From Ruditapes philippinarum (taxonomy: Eukaryota), in NCBI RefSeq assembly GCF_026571515.1, contig NW_026862419.1, forward strand, positions 1 through 64,000: 64,000 bases of DNA, given 5' to 3'. Positions 60,705 through 64,000 of this stretch are shown here, one piece after another. Below the pieces are notes generated by a model that saw only the letters and a list, made by a program, of their open reading frames with translations, did not search any database and was not told the origin of the DNA. Position numbers and translations under genes: made by a program. The first letter of the stretch is position 1, and every line of letters begins with the position of its first letter.

Positions 60705-62347
60705 TATTATGCCCCCATTTCGAAGAAAAGGGGGTATATTGCTTTGCACTTGTCGGTCCGTCGGTCCGTCGGTCCGTCGGTCCGTAGACCAAATGGTTTC
60801 CGAGTGATAACTAAAGAACCCTTAGGCCTAGGAACTTCAAACTTGGTATGGTGATTGGTCATGACCAGTAGATGACCCCTATTGATTTTGGGGTCAAGGG
60901 GTCAAAGGTCAAGGTCACATTGACCTTGTAAGCAAAAACGGTTTCCGATCAATAACTAAAGAACCTTAAGGCCTAGGAACTTCAAACTTGATATGGTGAT
61001 TGGTCATGATCAGTAGATGATCCCTATTGATTTTGGGGTCAAGGGGTCAAAGGTCAAGGTCACATTGACCTTGTAAGCAAAAACGGTTTCCGATCAATAA
61101 CTAAAGAACCTTAAGGCCTAGGAGTTTCAAACTTGATATGATGATTGGTCATGATCAGTAGATGATCCCTATTGATATTGGGGTCAAGGGGTCAAAGTTC
61201 AAGGTCACATTGACCTTGTAAGCAAAAACGATTTCCGATCAATAACTAAAGAACTTTAAGGCCTAGGAACTTCAAACTTGGTATGGTGATTGGTCATGAT
61301 CAGTAGATGACCCCTATTGATTTTAGGGTCAAGGGGTCAAAGGTCAAGGTCACATTGACCTCTTGGGTAAAAAACTGTTTCTGATCAATAACAAAAGAAC
61401 CCTTAGGCCTAGGAACTTCCAACTTGGTATGGTGATTGGTCATGACCAGCAGATGACCACTATTGATTTTGGGGTTAAGGGGTCAAAGGTCAAGGTCACA
61501 TTGACCTTGTAGGTAAAAACGATTTCCGATCAATAACGAAAGAACCCTTAGGCCTAGGAACTTCAAATTTTTGGTATGGTGATTGGTCATGACCAGCAGA
61601 TGACCCCTATTGATTTTGGGGTTAAGGGGTCAAAGGTCAAGGTCAAATTGACTTTGTAGGTAAAAACGGTTTCCGATCACTAACGAAAGAACCCTTAGGC
61701 CTAGGGACTTCAAACTTGATATGGTGATTGGTCATGATCAGTAGATGACCCCTATTGATTTTGGGGTCAAGGGGTCAAAGGTCAAGGTCACATTGACCTC
61801 TTAGGTAAAAACGGTTTCCGATCAATAACTAAAGAACCCTTAGGCCTAGGAACTTCAAACTTGGTATGATTATTGGCCATGATCAGTAGATGACCCCTAT
61901 TGATATTGGGGTTAAGGGGTCAAAGGGCAAGGTCACTTTGACCTTGTAGGTAAAAATGCTTTCAAATCAATAACTTAAGAACCCTTTGGCCTAGGAACTT
62001 CAAACATGGTATGGTGATTGGTCATGACCAGCAGATGACCTATTGATTTTGGGGTCAAGGGGTCAAAGGTCAAGGTCACATTGACCTTGTATGTTAAAAC
62101 GGTTTCCGATAAATTAACTAAAAACCCTTAGGCCTAGGAACTTCAAACTTTGTATGATGATTGGTCGTGACCAGCAGATGACCCCTATTGAGTTTTGGGT
62201 CAAGGGGTCAAAGGTTAAGGTCATGACCAGTAGATACTTGATAACCCTTATTAATTGTTTGATCACTGGGTCAGAAGTCATAATAACCTTATCACATGAC
62301 TAATTGGCTGCTGATAGGGGGCATACATGTTTTACAAACATATCTTA
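60705..62347 (+). mobile_element. Non-autonomous pearl/HINE (Helentron-associated)-type element carrying ~10 tandem ~145 bp repeats
   Basis: 5' ttattatgccccc, then a (GTCGGTCC)n microsatellite and a ~145 bp array (ggtcaaaggtcaaggtcaca core; 60796-62225). The 3' end has a matching inverted gggggcata and a short hairpin tgttt..aaaca. Confidence 0.85.
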
Positions 62348-64000
62348 TTCAAATTACGTGTTAGATGTTTTTATTGCTTCATAAGAAAATTTACACTTGT
62401 TATGTATTCATACATACTTTTGTTTCTTAGTAGTTTATTTATCATGTATTGTAATTTCAAGACTGAGTTCCCAACTGTTGATAGGTATGTGTCAGATGTT
62501 TAATAAAAACAATAGGTATGTCCGATCTTACTTATACTTATTGAACTTAAAAATTATTGACTGGTGGCGTTAATTCATTTCATGTGAGAAGATACCATAT
62601 TGTGTCTATAATACTGACGGACGCTTGGTGTTCATTTTGTAATGTATAATATCGTACGTTAGACTAAGAAAACATGTTTCAAGAATAATGAAGTTTGTTT
62701 TATCACTTTGTTCTAAGTAAAGATTTTCCATGATTACGTAGACGAAATTCAAAGAAAAACAATTTTGAAGTTTATCTTACCGATTTACTTCTCTAAGTAA
62801 TCCTTAACAACTTACTTTTAGATTTTACCTGTATTTTTAAGAGCGACATTTTCATCTGAATTAATCCCTTCTTGTCTGTCATTTGGATTTGTTCATATTG
62901 CATCCCTGAGAAATATAAATGAATGTGCACAAAAACATATTAACCGATTTATAATTCATAAGTTTTGTCTATTTAAGCTAAGCAGTGACATTTATCAAGT
63001 CTTATTAATGCAACTATGCAAAGGTTATATTAAATGATTTATGACAATGTTATTAACGTTTACTCTCGTTGTATAATTGTCACGTATGTCGCGAAATGGT
63101 AAAATATAATATATTTTTAGAATTATTCAGCGTAAAGTTTAAAAATGTGTATAGAATGATTAAAGTAGAAAATCTTGTAAAGGATACTGAAGCTTTAATA
63201 ATTTAGTTACCTAAATAAACGATAAGGATATCGACACCTATAACAATGTAGTTTATTGTGAATTTAATGATATATTAATAGTAGTAACAGCTTCTTCTTT
63301 GTCTACCGCATCTGTTGGTAATTAGTCTAGAGCTCCATAATGCACTGACTGATTGACCCGTGAGAACCAGCAAGTTGAGTATTAATTCCGATGGCACTAT
63401 GCACAGTTAATGACATTTAAACTATCTTCATGCTTACGTGGACTAAGAAAGCATTCCTAAAAATATCATGTTTAGGTAAAATGGACGCGTTAACAACGAA
63501 AAGTAATTATAATACAGAGTATTATAGAGTATACAATTCCACTTCTTAGGCAAATAAAAGGTACTAAGTAAGACATTAGACGTCAATTTCTGTCTGATTG
63601 TATGCAATCAAAATAAAGAAACACTAAAATCTAATATGTAGGTTTCATTGTGACGTGTATGTACATATGATATCGAGGACATTATTATTTGTTTCTGATG
63701 CACTTCTTGAAAGTATTTTTAACAATTTCTGTCAAATTTTTGTAAAGGTTAGAACCTGCCTTTGTCCAAGGAGCAATTACTATTCAATTCGCCAGTGCTG
63801 ATAAGGGTATTGCTATCACGGGGTTCTGTGATTGCGCCCAAGAAAATTTAAGAAATTTTCATGGACAGATGTTTAGATCAATCTTTTTTCCCTATTTGTA
63901 TGTGACAATATTTATCAAGTTTAATAATAAACTTGTTTCCATTAAATTGTTGGTAATGACAGTTATACCTTGTGTCTTTCTGCTGAAGCGTGCTTAAAAT

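Noticed and set aside
60796-62225. CRISPR-like or coding repeat array
   Set aside because: Contiguous ~145 bp tandem units without spacers or ORF, inside a non-autonomous element.

Overview
AT-rich, intron-rich animal genomic DNA. The repeat content (tRNA-derived SINEs, a pearl/HINE-type element with a tandem array, palindromic MITEs) suggests a bivalve mollusc; this is an inference. Three genes are present. (1) An intronless GT7-family beta-1,4-glycosyltransferase on the - strand (1370-2620). (2) Head-to-head with it, a ~36 kb, at least 47-exon + strand gene (4428-40163), mostly missed by the ORF track and assembled here by hand from GT-AG splice sites and reading phase. It encodes a secreted poly-saposin of roughly 1,700+ aa: signal peptide, 16 complete six-Cys saposin-B domains, one orphan half-domain and three shortened saposin-like modules, with no SapA domains. 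Most internal domains carry two N-glycosylation sequons, the N-terminal-half linkers have furin/dibasic sites, and the array shows recent tandem domain duplication with readable breakpoints. (3) The first coding exon of cGMP-dependent protein kinase I (49681-49943), followed by an intron running to the window end. A decayed mariner, SINEs, MITEs, minisatellites and an old ~3 kb intronic duplication fill the rest. All exon calls are manual and lack transcript support.
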